This document shows, one piece after another, positions 1 through 13,539 of a stretch of 64,000 nucleotides of DNA. The notes beneath the pieces were generated by a model. The model was not told where the DNA came from and did not search any database. It saw only the letters and a list, made by a program, of their open reading frames with translations. The stretch lies in contig NC_042997.1 in NCBI RefSeq assembly GCF_006345805.1, positions 58,776,001-58,840,000 of the forward strand, in the 5' to 3' direction. The stretch's first letter is position 1. Each line of letters begins with the position of its first letter. The position numbers and the translations under genes are program-made. The DNA comes from Octopus sinensis. Lineage: Eukaryota.

Positions 1-657
1 GGTCTTTTAAATAAGAAACCATTATTTTATCACATTTTTAAGCAGCGAGCTGGCAGAATCGATAGCACACCGGACAAAATGCTTAGTGGCATTTCTTCCG
101 ACTCATTACAACCTGAATTCAAATGCCGCCGAAGTCAACTTTACCTTTCATCCTTAGGGTTCGATAAAATAAGTACCAGTTGAGTTCTGGGATTTATGTA
201 CTTGACTAGCCCCACCCACAACATTTCAAATTTTATGCTTATAGTAGTTAGAATTATTTTATCTCACTATGGCAGCTCTCTGCAGTCACTAGATCAGCTA
301 GAAATAAACGGTCTGATACAACTGCACTCTTCATATTAAATAACACAAAAGCTATCAACAACAATGCAATAATAATTTAACAGCAGCGGAAATATGAACT
401 ACAAATAAAAATAACACAGAAATTCATTCTAAATTTCTCCCAAAATAATACCTGTAACAAACAACGACACGCGCAACAACGGAAAGAAATCAACAACAAC
501 AACAAAAGTACAAAAATAATTCAACAAAACACAAAAAGTAATTATTTGATTGCACCCGTTAAATCAAAAGACGTGCTTCATTGAAGCGTATTTAAACAAT
601 TCTTTTACATTCGTAATAAAATATTCGACAATATGGAGGATCACTTAACACTAATTA

Positions 658-2339
658 CACAGGTCTGCGAACTGGAACATTTTGCTTTTTGATGTTACTT
701 TATGTTACTTTATATATTTTTATGGTGTTAATTCGAAATATCAAAAAAGCTCTTTCCCATTATCTAAGGTTTTCTCACAATTTAAAATATACCATAAAAT
801 ATACAATAATTTGTAGGTCGGACAAAATGAAACTAATAAAAATTAATGTCACACATTATTTAGCAAAATAAAATACCACAAATGTAATTGAAAGGTGAGT
901 ACATAGATTTTTACAAGAGTTCCATCCCTTTTTTTAGGTTCAGCACCTCAACATCTGTTCTTTTTCACTTGCAAACTACGCCCGGAACCCTAACGCCTGT
1001 GATTATTTGCTCGACATTCACGATGTAACATCCAGTAGTAGTCGGCCATCATATTGACATTCCATCTTCCTAATATCTTGTTTCCATCATGATGACACCT
1101 TTCAATCTATTCCCCACTCACACCCACCAGATTTCCCAGAAAGAAATCCAAATGGGAAGGTAGAAAATTATACATTAATGCTTATTTTGCATTCTAAGGC
1201 CTCGAACTTTGCCAGCATCCTTTCCATTATATCATTGTAGTTTAGATCCTTGTGATTACCCAAGACACATTTTTCAAAACTAAACCATATATCTTTTTTT
1301 GAGAACCACTAAGAAAGTTTTCAAAATTTTCATCCATGACGAGTTACCTTATATCTGGTCCTATAAGTCCTATAAATACATCCTCTTCAACTTTGGAGTG
1401 TTATAGAGCTGGAAACATGCTGTGCAAATACTCGAAACTTTTTCCATTCTGTTTCAAAGCTTTTAGAATTACTTCATGCGGCCAGTCTTATATGTTTTCG
1501 GATCAGCCAAACATCCTCGAAGGAAATTCTTTGTTCTTGGTGTAAGCGTACCCTTACATGGCCATTCTTTTTTAGATCAACGGAAGTTCTTGTCTCTATT
1601 ATCCCACTCATACAAGAAACAAGGAAACTTTCTGTAACCTGACTGCTGTCCAAGCAACATGCAAATTATTTTCAAGTTGCTGCAGATCATCAACTTGTGT
1701 TCTTTGAATTTAATCTCGTGTTAAAGTGACTCCAAGTTTTCATGTTTCCATCACTGAAAGCCAACAGAAATGGAAGTATATTTATACCATTATGCAGTGG
1801 AACAGCTTCAAGATTTCTCTTTCAAGAGTCAATAAAGAGTCTCTATTAATCAGAGCCGTAATTAATACCAAACTTTCGTATTAATCCTGATGGATATGTA
1901 TAATAAATCAAATTTTATTAAGCGAAATAAGGAACAAATTCTTTTTCATGGTTACGATACCAATTGAATGATGCACGAGGAGCTAAAAGATTCATGGATT
2001 TAAGTCTGAAAACCTAAAACCTTTGCTGATCCCTTTGCAAGCCCTTAGTTTCTCACTAGATCATTTGATTCGCTGGTTGAATTGTTGAGGTTCTCCGCCT
2101 TCACTACTATTGAAGTCTTCATCATCATTGCTATTTCTACCTTCTGACTCAGAACTCAAGTGTATGTCTTGAAGGTTTTCTGGTGGTGATGGGCCTGGAA
2201 CATCTGATTCATGGGCAACAGGTAGTAAGTAATGCAGATGGGCGATTTGGATAAACAATGTTTTTCCCACTCTTGAATTCGCACCTTACACGAGAAAAAG
2301 TAGCAGTCATCACTGTGATTTTTACACTTTCTTCATATC

Positions 2340-2393
<54 letters not shown>

Positions 2394-2758
2394 GCATGAG
2401 GGAATAACTAAAAATAATTTTTTAATAATATGGTTTAACATAAGAAACGTGACCTTGTAAAGTGTGTCTTTCTCTCCCCATTACTTGCGGGTAACTGAAG
2501 TTACAGTGATGCGTAACTAAGCGGTCTAAACACTGCCAGATGCTTACTTTTCAAAATTACACCTATTACTTATACTGTTATAGTCTGTTCAAATATGGCA
2601 ATGAATAGTAATGATAAAAGACAATGGTCATATTCAGACATAATGGTAAAATGAAATGATCGATAATGTGAAAAAGCTATACGTGATAGGATAATTTTCC
2701 TTGTAATTTTTGAAATCAACAGGTCAAAATTGAACAATTTTTCGTTCGCAGACCTGTG
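658..2758 (-). mobile_element. Chapaev3-like (CMC superfamily) DNA transposon, both TIRs present, transposase pseudogenised
   Basis: Perfect 15-bp TIRs CACAGGTCTGCGAAC (658-672) and GTTCGCAGACCTGTG (2744-2758). Minus-strand frames give HSDDCYF (~2310), PVAHESDVP..PPENL, NDLVRN*GLAK..RLKSMNLLAP, RLFIDS*KRNLEAV.LHNG, ICMLLGQQSGY.KFPCFL.EWD and METRY.GRWNVNMMADY.WMLHRE, broken by stops, frameshifts and a (TA)n at 2343-2388. Family name comes from recalled motifs and the CAC...GTG termini. Confidence 0.75.
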
Positions 2759-3039
2759 ATATTATGTTTATAGAAAGGACTTTAAGGGATATTTTATTAC
2801 TGTGTGATGTACATTAGTACCGTAATTAATTTTTGTAATGATATAATAAAGGTAATATTAATTGGATTTTCGTAATAATTTGCATCCTGTAAGTAGCATT
2901 CCTCTAGGTGTGATACTTTCAGGTCAATCGAAAGTGACAAAGAAGTGAAAAGGTTTTAAAACAGAGACTGGAAGTAAACATCGCAATAAATCAGATTTAG
3001 AGATGTCGCTGACAACCGATAAAACACCAAATTTTAGGC

Positions 3040-3260
3040 CTTGTGCAATTAAACAAAAGATTTAATGGGCACGGATATGACGTCAGGTTCAATAACAATT
3101 GTTCGGCAGAACTTGCCGAACATTTTGTTTCAAATGGCTGCAAGTCTGAAAAAGACTTGAAACTGCATATTCTCAGAAAATATTCTGAATCTGCTTTCCT
3201 TTCAGTGCTCAAAATACACGAGGATAAAAATATTTACGGGTCATTAACATCACACCCTTG
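3040..3260 (+). pseudogene. Decayed GIY-YIG endonuclease fragment (Penelope-like element remnant)
   Basis: ORF 3043-3261 reads LNKRFNGHGYDVRFNNNCSAELAEHFVSNGC..DLKLHIL, resembling the L.KRF.GH.....ELAEHF segment of PLE GIY-YIG domains. The N-terminal GIY/YIG part is missing. Confidence 0.45.
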
Positions 3261-3899
3261 AGGAGTGAATAAAATGGTAGGAGAATATCATCAAATTTAC
3301 GCAAAACTGTTTGACTGAATATTCTTCTTTTTCCTTTCCTTTTTCTTTCCTTTTTTTTTTTTTTGCTTTCTCTTCTCGTATTTTTTCTGTCTTTTTCTTT
3401 TCGCCAGTTATAAAATTGAAATTTAAAGACTGATGATGTCATTCCATCAACATGTGGACGCTGGTTACTCCGTTCATACTTTAGATTTGAATTTCTATGA
3501 TTTTGAATTTTTATCACTTTTTATTTTGAACTCAACAAAGACAGACTTGCTGTCGAAATATCGTTCAACCAATAAAATATCTATTACAATCGCATCGCGC
3601 TCTTCATCTTGTCTGTTTACCTTTGTAAAGAGTTATGTAGATCCTTTTAAAATATTATTATTAATATTATTATTATTTGAAGGCAGCAAGTTGGCAGACT
3701 CGTTAGCATACTGGACGAAATGCTTAGCGATATTTCGTTCGTCGCTACGTTCTGAGTTCAAAATCTGCCGGGGTCGATTTTGCCTTTCATCCTTTCTGAC
3801 TCGATAAATTAAGTACCAGTGAAATATTGGGGTCGATATAAACCACTCATCCTTCCCTCAAAATGGCTGCCCTTGTGGGAAAATTTGAAAGCAGTCCCT

Positions 3900-3981
3900 G
3901 AATAAGGGTTGTTTTAAGGATGATGAACAAAACACCCATGTTTCTAGAGGTTAATTATTCAAACCCCAAGGAATTCCTCTC

Positions 3982-4059
<78 letters not shown>

Positions 4060-4510
4060 TTTGGCTATAATGCTCCTGGCAGACCCGTTAGCACGCCGGG
4101 CGAAATGCTTAGCGTTATTTCGTCTGCCGTTACGTTCTGAGTTCAAATTCCGCCGAGGTCGACTTTGCCTTTCATCCTTTCGGGGTCGATAAATTAAGTA
4201 CCAGTTTCGCACTGGGGTCGATGTAATCGACTTAATCCCTTTGTCTGTCCTTGTTTGTCCCCTCTGTGTTTAGCCCCTTGTGGGTAGTAAACAAATAAAT
4301 ATAATGCTCCCCCACTACTTCTGCTCGTGATCAACGATGCACATATCGTCAGCCACTATGGGACATGCTCAGCTGGTTAAGGTCAAACAACTGACAAGCA
4401 AATCTGTGGTATTGACCAGAATATTTGCTGTAGCCCATCTTTTATACTAAGACAAAACAATGAAACACTCGCAATTAGTTAAGATCAAAAGCCGTGAGAG
4501 CCACTGCCTG
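3900..4510 (-). mobile_element. Interspersed repeat (SINE-like family E), interrupted by microsatellites and a family A SINE; second partial copy at ~18310-18540 (+)
   Basis: 4311-4440 is a diverged reverse complement of ~18370-18505 (caaatattctgctcaataccacagattt...gtggctgacgatat...gggagcat), and 3955-3982 matches 18510-18537. Confidence 0.6.
4077..4299 (+). mobile_element. SINE family A, 3' module A, with 11-bp TSD
   Basis: Head with B-box-like gagttcaaattc, core gactttgcctttcatcctttcggggtcgataaattaagtaccagt, tail ...ctctgtgtttagccccttgtgggtagtaaa. TSD TATAATGCTCC at 4066-4076 and 4300-4310. Confidence 0.9.
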
Positions 4511-4867
4511 GTTGCCCGTCGCTACATTCTGAGTTCAAATTCCACCGAGGTCGACTTTGCCTTTCATCGTTTCGGGGTCGATAAATTAAGTACCAGTTGC
4601 GTATTTGGATCGATCCAATCGACTTGACCCTACCCCCAAAATTTTGGACATTGTGCCTGGAGTAGAAAAGATCAAAACCTATGAGAGCCACTGTCTGGTA
4701 GCTAGTCGCTACGTTCTGAGTTTAAATTCCGCCGAGGTCGACTTTGCTTTTCATCGTTTTGGGGTCGATAAACCAAGTACCAGTTGAGTACTGGGGTCGA
4801 ATATCCCCCTCCTCCAAAGTTCAGGCCTATAGTAGAAAGGATTATTATTATTATTATTATTATTATT

Positions 4868-5587
4868 CAGTAGTTTTATTTTTATTTTTATAGCGTGCTT
4901 TCACTTCACTACCGAGCGCAGCTCTGTGTGCCTTGGGTATGTGCTGTGATTTGTTGTGATGCTCTGATGGTTATTGTATGGAAAGTGCTCTGCGTAGGAT
5001 GTGTGCAGTGCCTAGTAGTGCAATTTTCTGTATGTTATATGTGTTTGTAAGTCCTGGTGTTTTTGTTATGTATTTGTCTGAATATTTTTTTATCATGCCT
5101 AATGCACCTACTATGATAGGAATTGTTTCTGTTTTCAGATTCCACATTCTAGTTACCTCTATTTCCAGGTCTTTGTATTTTGAGAGTTTCTCCATTTCTT
5201 TTAGAGACACGTTGTCATCTGCCGGTACTGATATATCAATTAGAAAGCATTTTTTTTCTTCATCGTCTCTGACAACTATATCTGGTCTGTTGGCCTTAAT
5301 TTCTCTATCTGTGTGTATCGGCATATCCCAGAGTATGGTTGCTTTCTCGTTTTCTGTGACCTTTTCTGGTGTGTGCCTATACCATCTTTTTTCTGTTGTT
5401 ATTCCATAATGTTGGCATATCTTCCAATGTATGTAAGTTCCAACTCTGTCATGTCTGTGAATATATTCCTTCTTAGCCAGGACTGGGCAGCTAGAGATAA
5501 TATGATTTATTGTTTCTTGTCCATCTCCACATATTCTGCAGTTACTTGTAATATTTCTTTTCATTACATGTTTTTGGTAATTTCTGG

Positions 5588-5594
<7 letters not shown>
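4868..5594 (-). mobile_element. 5'-truncated R4/Dong-type non-LTR retrotransposon (CCHC zinc finger + restriction-like endonuclease) within a (TAA)n array
   Basis: Open 197-aa ORF 4971-5564 with CRICGDGQETINHIISSC, RHD, RPDIVVRD..CFLIDISVP, K.SKYKDL, then a short 3' UTR. (TTA)n on both sides (4841-4867, 5595-5644). Confidence 0.9.
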
Positions 5595-5645
<51 letters not shown>

Positions 5646-6309
5646 TGCGAAGTTCGACGAGTGTGTTTTTGAAGGCTCTAAGTCCTCGTTATATTCATTA
5701 TTTACACCTGTCTACGTTCTGAGTTCAAATTCTAGCGTAGTCGACTTTGCCTTTCATTCTTCCGAGGTCGATAAAATAAGTACCAGTTAAGCACTGGGAT
5801 CGATGTAATTGACTTACTCCCTTCCCTGAAATTTCTGTCCTTGTGCAAAAAAATTTGAAATCAATATATTTATGTTTGGGCTGGAGAGAATGTACGTGTA
5901 TCTCTTTCGTTGATCACTATCAGTTAGATTACTTACAAAACCGGAGGACTTAAATGAAGCGCATGTGATGTTTGTTTCGACCGAGTTGCACAGAAACCTG
6001 GTATCACTGTAACCATCGTAAGGAACGTGTAACAGTGATTGGCGGCCCGATAATAATTGGTTAACAAGGAAGCTTTTCTTCACACTATACGATGCAATAT
6101 ATAAATACTATAACCTCCTCATCATCACCACCACCAAATTGATATTATCCTTCTTCTGAATAAACTGCTTCATAGTGAGATGCATGCGTGCACACACACC
6201 TATACACACATGCACTTATATATGTATGGTGTATGTGAAAACTAAATATTCACATATACACACCAACACACACACGTGTATATACTCACATAAACATATG
6301 GTGTATACG

Positions 6310-6317
6310 TCATATAA

Positions 6318-6367
<50 letters not shown>

Positions 6368-6545
6368 TGTGTGATAAAGCTGTTCAGCATACGTATATTT
6401 ATGAACAAATGAATGTTTCAAATTATGTTGGCAGATAATATTATATATGTAAATGCGTATACATGTATTCATCCTACTTCCCACTCTCTCTATCTCTGTC
6501 TCCCCCCTCTCTCTCTCTCCCACACTTTCATTCTTTCTCTCTCAC

Positions 6546-6576
<31 letters not shown>

Positions 6577-6688
6577 TATGTGTGTGTGTGTGTGTGTATG
6601 TATAGACACACACGCGCGTACACGTGCAGACACATGTAGTTGTATATATAATAGCACATTTGCATATAGATGTATACTTATGCATAAG

Positions 6689-6757
<69 letters not shown>

Positions 6758-6827
6758 AATTTACCTGTGCTTATATAGACACACACACATATACATACAT
6801 ATACACACACTAACACCACACACACAC

Positions 6828-6861
<34 letters not shown>

Positions 6862-6883
6862 AGCATATATATATATTAAGTGT

Positions 6884-6926
<43 letters not shown>

Positions 6927-6935
6927 TATATATTG
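6310..6935. repeat. Compound (TG)n/(CT)n/(TA)n/(CA)n microsatellite field
   Basis: Visible dinucleotide runs. Confidence 0.95.
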
Positions 6936-7439
6936 GCACGTACATGTATATAAAACAAAAACGCAAACATATATTTGAAAAGTAAACATTAAACAGAATC
7001 GTTGTACATGTGGTGGTTCTTGTGTGTGTATATAAACGTGTCTATATTAGTATGTGCATGAGCATGTGTGCGTACGTGTGAATTCGTCTGTGTTGAGAAC
7101 ATATCTATAATGTAATCTTTCCAGTATTTAAATTTTATGAATTCATGTTTATTTCATAGCTACCACTGCCGCCACCGTCATCGTTACCACCACCACCACC
7201 ACCACTTTCAACAACATCAATAGCAATAACATTTCTATGTTCTCACCAAGACTGTTATACACATAAATATATCTAATTTTGGCGTGAGGCCAAAAATTTG
7301 AGGGAGAGAGGGAACTGATTACATTATCAGTTCTTGACAGATACTTGTTTTATCGGTCTCGAAAGGATGAAAGGCAAAGTCGGTCTCGGTGCTATTTGAA
7401 CTCAAAACGTAAAGCCGGAAGCAATGCGGTTATATATGT

Positions 7440-7848
7440 ATAGAGGTGGCTGTGTAGTAAGAACCTTGCTCCCCAACCACATGGTTCTGGGTTCAGTCCC
7501 ACTGCGTAGCATCTTGAGTAAGTAGTTTCTTCTATAGCCTCGTGCTGATCAAAGCCTTGTGAGTGGATTTGGTTGACGGAAACTGAAAAGAAGCCCGTTG
7601 TATATTTACATATATGTATATATGTATGTGTGTGTCTTTGTGTCTGTGTTTGTACCCCCAACCACCATCACTTGTCAACCGGTGTCAGTGTGATTGTGTC
7701 CCCGTAACTTAGCGGTTCGACAAAAGAGACCGATAGAATAAATACCATATATTTTTTTAAAAAGTACTGTGGTCGATTTATTCGACTAAAAATTGTAGGT
7801 AGTGCTCCAGCATGCTACAGTCTAGTGACTGAAACAAGTAAAAGATAA
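7440..7848 (+). mobile_element. SINE family B (tRNA head, CORE-like ccttgggcaagtgtctt segment, central microsatellite); other copies listed in evidence
   Basis: gtggctgtgtagtaagaa...gggttcagtcccactgcg...gtggatttggttgacggaaactgaaa...(TG)n...cttagcggttcg..aaaagagaccgatagaata...gactgaaacaagtaaaag. Related copies at ~10540-10792(+), 25528-25865(-), 28010-28160 and 28660-28930(+), 35030-35110(+), 42932-43075(-), 60428-60570(-), and 62998-63720(-, split by a family A SINE). Confidence 0.85.
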
Positions 7849-7849
7849 C

Positions 7850-7881
<32 letters not shown>

Positions 7882-8670
7882 CAAAAATTTAGATTCAGAT
7901 GAATATGGTACTTGAGTTGAGGCACCAGAATTTAGTATGGTATTATCCATGCAATTTAAAATAAGATGATTATAATAAAAAAAACACAAGGATATCCAGA
8001 GGTAATGTATTGCGATCGTTTAATGCGACTCCATTTAATTGAACAATGCAAACATTACATCACTTTAAAATGTAGAGCAAACTTCAGCTGCACCAAAAAC
8101 ATAGAATTTAATTAAATTTGAAGGACACAGTAGTATAAGAGGATAAGGAGATAGACAAAGAGCATGTTTTAACTGAATGTTTTTCAAAAGAATGACACTG
8201 CTTTTCACTGATTATTTCTGTTATTTAGATTTAATAACGGTGGGCCTCAGTTTTAATTTTATAGACTAGTTCGTCAAATCTGAGAGAAGATAGAGGGTAG
8301 TATCAGTTTGGGGTGGGGTAGAGTAGATAGACAATCTGAATGGCATAGCCATAACTCAAGATTTATTTGAAGCAATGCCATTTGGTTTAGTAAGTGTATA
8401 CTTCAAACAAGATGTTAGCTGCTATTATAGTAGTCAATTGTAGTACTATATGATAATAACTTCCCCTGTCCCATTAGCGTTGGTCTGCTTAATATATATA
8501 TATATATATATAAAGTCAGGGTACAATATGTACCTGTTTGCTTGAAAGAAGAGTTAAAACTCTCCAAAACCACGTATCTCTCGCTATATGTAAACACGCA
8601 CGGAGAATGTAGCAAATACATTTAGAAAAACGGTCGGTCAAGTTTGTAAAACTACAAATAGGAGAATAGA

Positions 8671-8734
8671 TACTCCAGTATCAATTGATTTCGCTTTCTG
8701 TGCTGAATTGACACTTAAAGCTCATCAGTTAGGC
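8671..8734 (-). ncRNA. Putative minimal type I hammerhead ribozyme core (stem I poorly formed)
   Basis: Minus strand reads CTGATGA-GCTTT-(19 nt)-AAAGC-GAAA-TCAATTGA-TA. Stem II is 5 bp, stem III is the palindrome ATCAATTGAT (8680-8689), cleavage triplet AUA. Confidence 0.4.
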
Positions 8735-9499
8735 TTGCTAAGTAAACTATTTATATATATATATATAGGTTTCAAATTTTGGCTCAAAGGACAGCAATTT
8801 CGGGGGCAGGAAAAAGTCGATTACATAGACCCCAGTGTTCAATAGGTACTTATTTTCTCGACCCCGAAAGGATGAAAACTAAAGTCGATCTCGGCGGTAT
8901 TTGAAATCAGAACGTAAAGCCAGAAGAAATACCGTTATGCCTAGATATTGTAACCTTAAAAAGGCGGCTCAAAACTGCTAAGAATAGTAACTATATCTCC
9001 CTCAAAGCACATCATGCTGGCTTTGAATATGAAAAGACGCGTTGGTTAGAACAACTATCTTTATCTTTACTATAACAACATCGGCGTAGTCACTACAACG
9101 ACTTTGATCTTAAATCTGCGTGGTCGGGGTTTACTTGGGATTAAACAACAACAGCAAAAGCAATAGCAACCACAACAGCAACAATAGCAGCAACAGCAAC
9201 AACGACAACAATTACAATAACACGTAACCCAACAGTAAATTCACAGTTTGTAAATATTTCTCTATCATACCCAGAATTCAATTCAAAAATGAAAGAAAAA
9301 GTGGCTTTTCACATCGGTTGACTGAAAGCGTGTGCAGTTCAGTGCACACACATTTCCAATGCAGAAAATGTGCATCTTAATTCCACTTCAGCATTATATG
9401 ACTCATCACAATTTTCCGGGTGCTGCAATATTCAAAGAATTTACGAAATTCAGTATATAAACGCAATATTTATATTTGATTTCTTTTTCAAATCTACAT

Positions 9500-10207
<708 letters not shown>

Positions 10208-10215
10208 AGAGCCAT

Positions 10216-10474
10216 GACCTCTAGGTGGATATCCATTATGCTAGAAGTAGACCGCCTATGGTCTTACCACTAAGGAAAGATTGTTCTCAAGAAAATTTAG
10301 CAATAGGGGGTCTACTTCTAGCATAATGGATGTCCACTTAGTGGTCATCCTTCTTATATGTATGTAATATAATTTTTCTGAATCTTCAGATTTTTCTATG
10401 AGCTAGATCACTGGTTTTAAATTGATATTGATCAAATTAAAATTCAATTTTTCACCCTTATTATTTTAAATTTT
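10216..10474. mobile_element. Internally deleted copy of the asymmetric foldback element at 52062-52695
   Basis: Inverted arms 10216-10259 and 10303-10346, followed by the same ~130-bp unique extension as at 52572-52695. Confidence 0.75.
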
Positions 10475-11918
10475 ATACATATGTATATATATAGATATAT
10501 ATTGATATATATATATATATATTGTATATACACATATCAGGCGTAACTGTGTGTTAAGAGTCACATAGTTCCGGGTTCAGTCCCACTGAGTGGTATCTTT
10601 GTGTTTGTGTTCGTCCCTACCATCGCTTGATACTTGTCATTGATTTGTTTACGTCTCCGTAACTTAGCGGTTCGGTTTAAGAAGCCGATCGCAACAGACT
10701 TTGAAAAGAATAAATACTGGGACCATGTCATTCGACTACAACTCTCCGATGTGGTGCCCCGGCGTGACTGCAGTCTAATGACTGAAACTGCATCTCCACT
10801 CTCTCTCTCCCTCTCTTTTGCATGCTCTATCACTCTGTGTAATATTCTTGTCACCACTATTATGTCGTGATGGTAATCCGTGTCTTATTATCTTTGACTC
10901 GTCTATCATCTTATTGCTGATAGCTCTGCAAACCAATGACTTGAAAGGTGTCTCTTGACGGTAACTCGAACTCGTATATAATACGTAACTGACACTGACT
11001 CCAACTGAGACCTCGTACAACGACTCTACTACTACTAACCTCCTGCAACGACTAAATTTAACTTTATAGTGGCTGTTTCATACCACTTTGTCACGTAGGA
11101 AGGGGAGTGCCATTCTCATTACAACAGTAGGACATCTTTTGGGCGATTACTGATAATATCTTTCATGTCTTCCATAAATATTGTATACAATCAATACTTT
11201 CGGTCGCAACTTGGAAGTTGAAGGCTCTGCAATAGCTTTTGTTTAACTCATAGTTTTGGATTATAGATGCAAAGCCTTTGATGCGTGAAGTGATCTAACT
11301 GGTCACGAGTCCTTAAGAGATTACATTTCCTGTTGATATTCCGTATCGTTCTCAAGTTCCAGGAATACATATCCATCCATTACCTTTGTTTGTATGCAAA
11401 CTCTTTACTCTACATGTCTTTCTTCAAGTACATTCACCAAGCAGTTTTGAAGTCATATGAAATATCAGTATTTCTCATAAAATTAATGTACCTTGTAGAC
11501 CGTAATATCTATGAAGTGAATTAAGGCGGCGAACAAAATGCTTAACCGCATTACATCCATCTTTACATTCTGAGTGCAAATTCTGCCATTCATCCTTTCA
11601 AGGTCGCTAAAATAAGTACCAGTTAATCACTGGATCGATGTAATTAACTAGCGCCTTGTGCTTATAGTAGGAGGCAATCCCTATGAAATGAATTTCTTTT
11701 ATAGTTTCATCAAATATTCCATATATTGATACTAGTGATAGTACCGCAAATGCAATATTGTTTTGTTACGGCACGAAATCCCAGCTTAGCATACTTTTTA
11801 AAGGCTGGAAAAATAACCTTTCATCACTTTGTTATTTTATTAACTAATATGTTTTTGTAGCGCGCATCGTGGGAAGCAGGTGTTATTAATGTTTTCCGTG
11901 TTCTCAAATTTAAATTTT

Positions 11919-12011
11919 GAATTACTGTACTGATGAGGAGAATGAATGAGTAGAAATAGGATTTTACATTTTTCACTTCTCTCTAGCTCCGAAACGCGTA
12001 TAAAGTTAATC
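11919..12011 (+). ncRNA. Putative minimal type I hammerhead ribozyme, all core nucleotides intact
   Basis: CTGATGA 11930-11936, stem II GGAG/CTCC (11937-11940 / 11987-11990), GAAA 11991-11994, palindromic stem III ACGCGT, GUA triplet ending at 12000. Stem I pairs at 8 of 11 positions (11919-11929 with 12001-12011). Confidence 0.55.
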
Positions 12012-12264
12012 AGAGCCGGGTAGATTCGTTACTTTTTCTCTTTACCTGCTTGAGTTGTTGAGGATTGCTGTCTGGGAAATATATTATAGTAGCAGAATAG
12101 TACTTTTTAACTGTTATTTCTAAATTTCGGTATGTGGTGGAGTAAATTTTGCTGAACTCTAATTATAATTAAACTCGTAATTATAGAAAAAATATATATA
12201 TATATGTCTTGTTGTCTCTTTTTGTATCACCTAGTTATCCGGATGTTTTGCGTTCTTGTCCCAA

Positions 12265-12510
<246 letters not shown>

Positions 12511-13539
12511 TGATTATGCGTTGTGTGCTTATGTGTGTCTAATTGTGAAGAATAGGTATCAACGCTATTAAAAATAACTAAACGACTTCAGTATGTGAAA
12601 ACATATTGCATGTATAAAACATATTTATGTACTTAAAATGTATTTGTCTAACATTAGAATAAACATTGGGGTTATAACCCGAAGTATTTCAGCATTTCAT
12701 ATAAATGACTAATTTCAGTAATTTACAACGATGTTGCACATCCGCCATATGAATTCCGCTTGATATGTCTGTAAAACCATTCATGAGTTCGAGGAATTAC
12801 ATATGGACGCTATTCGTACGAAAAACAGGCAGTCTAGTTAGAGCTATCATGCTTTAATGTTATGAAGAAAAACATTTAATAAATTAGTGATACTTATGTG
12901 GTGAGAAAAATAAAATATGATTTCAGTGGTAAATATTGGTTTCAAATTTTGGCACAAGGCCAGCAATTTTAGAGGAAGGGTAAGTCGACTACATCGATCC
13001 CAGTATTCAACTGGTACTTATTTTATCCTCCTTGGAAGGATGAAAGGCAAATTCAACTTCGGTTGAATTTGAGCTCTGAACGTAAAAGGAACGAAATGCC
13101 GCTAAGCATTTTGCTCGGCGTGCTAACGATTCTGCCTGCTCACCACCTTAGTTCAGTGATTAATATTATAAAATAAGTAGGTACCAGTTGAGCACAAGGG
13201 TCGACGTAATCGATTTATCCTTTCCCCCGAAATCGTGGCCTTGTGCCAAAATTTGAAACCAATATTAATTTAATTCAAGGCGGCGAGCAGGTAGAGTTGT
13301 TAGTACACCAGACAAAATACCTAGCGGTATTTCGTTCGTCTTTACGTTCTGAGTTCAAATTCTGCCGAGGTCGACTTTGTCTTTCATCCTTCCTGGGTCG
13401 ATAAAATACGTACCAGTTGAACACTGGGTATCGATGTAATCGACTTATGCCCTCCCCCAAAATTACTAACCTTGTGCCAAAATTTGAAATCAATATTAAT
13501 TCAATTCGATCTTTGTTATTATGGGCATGACATTATTAT

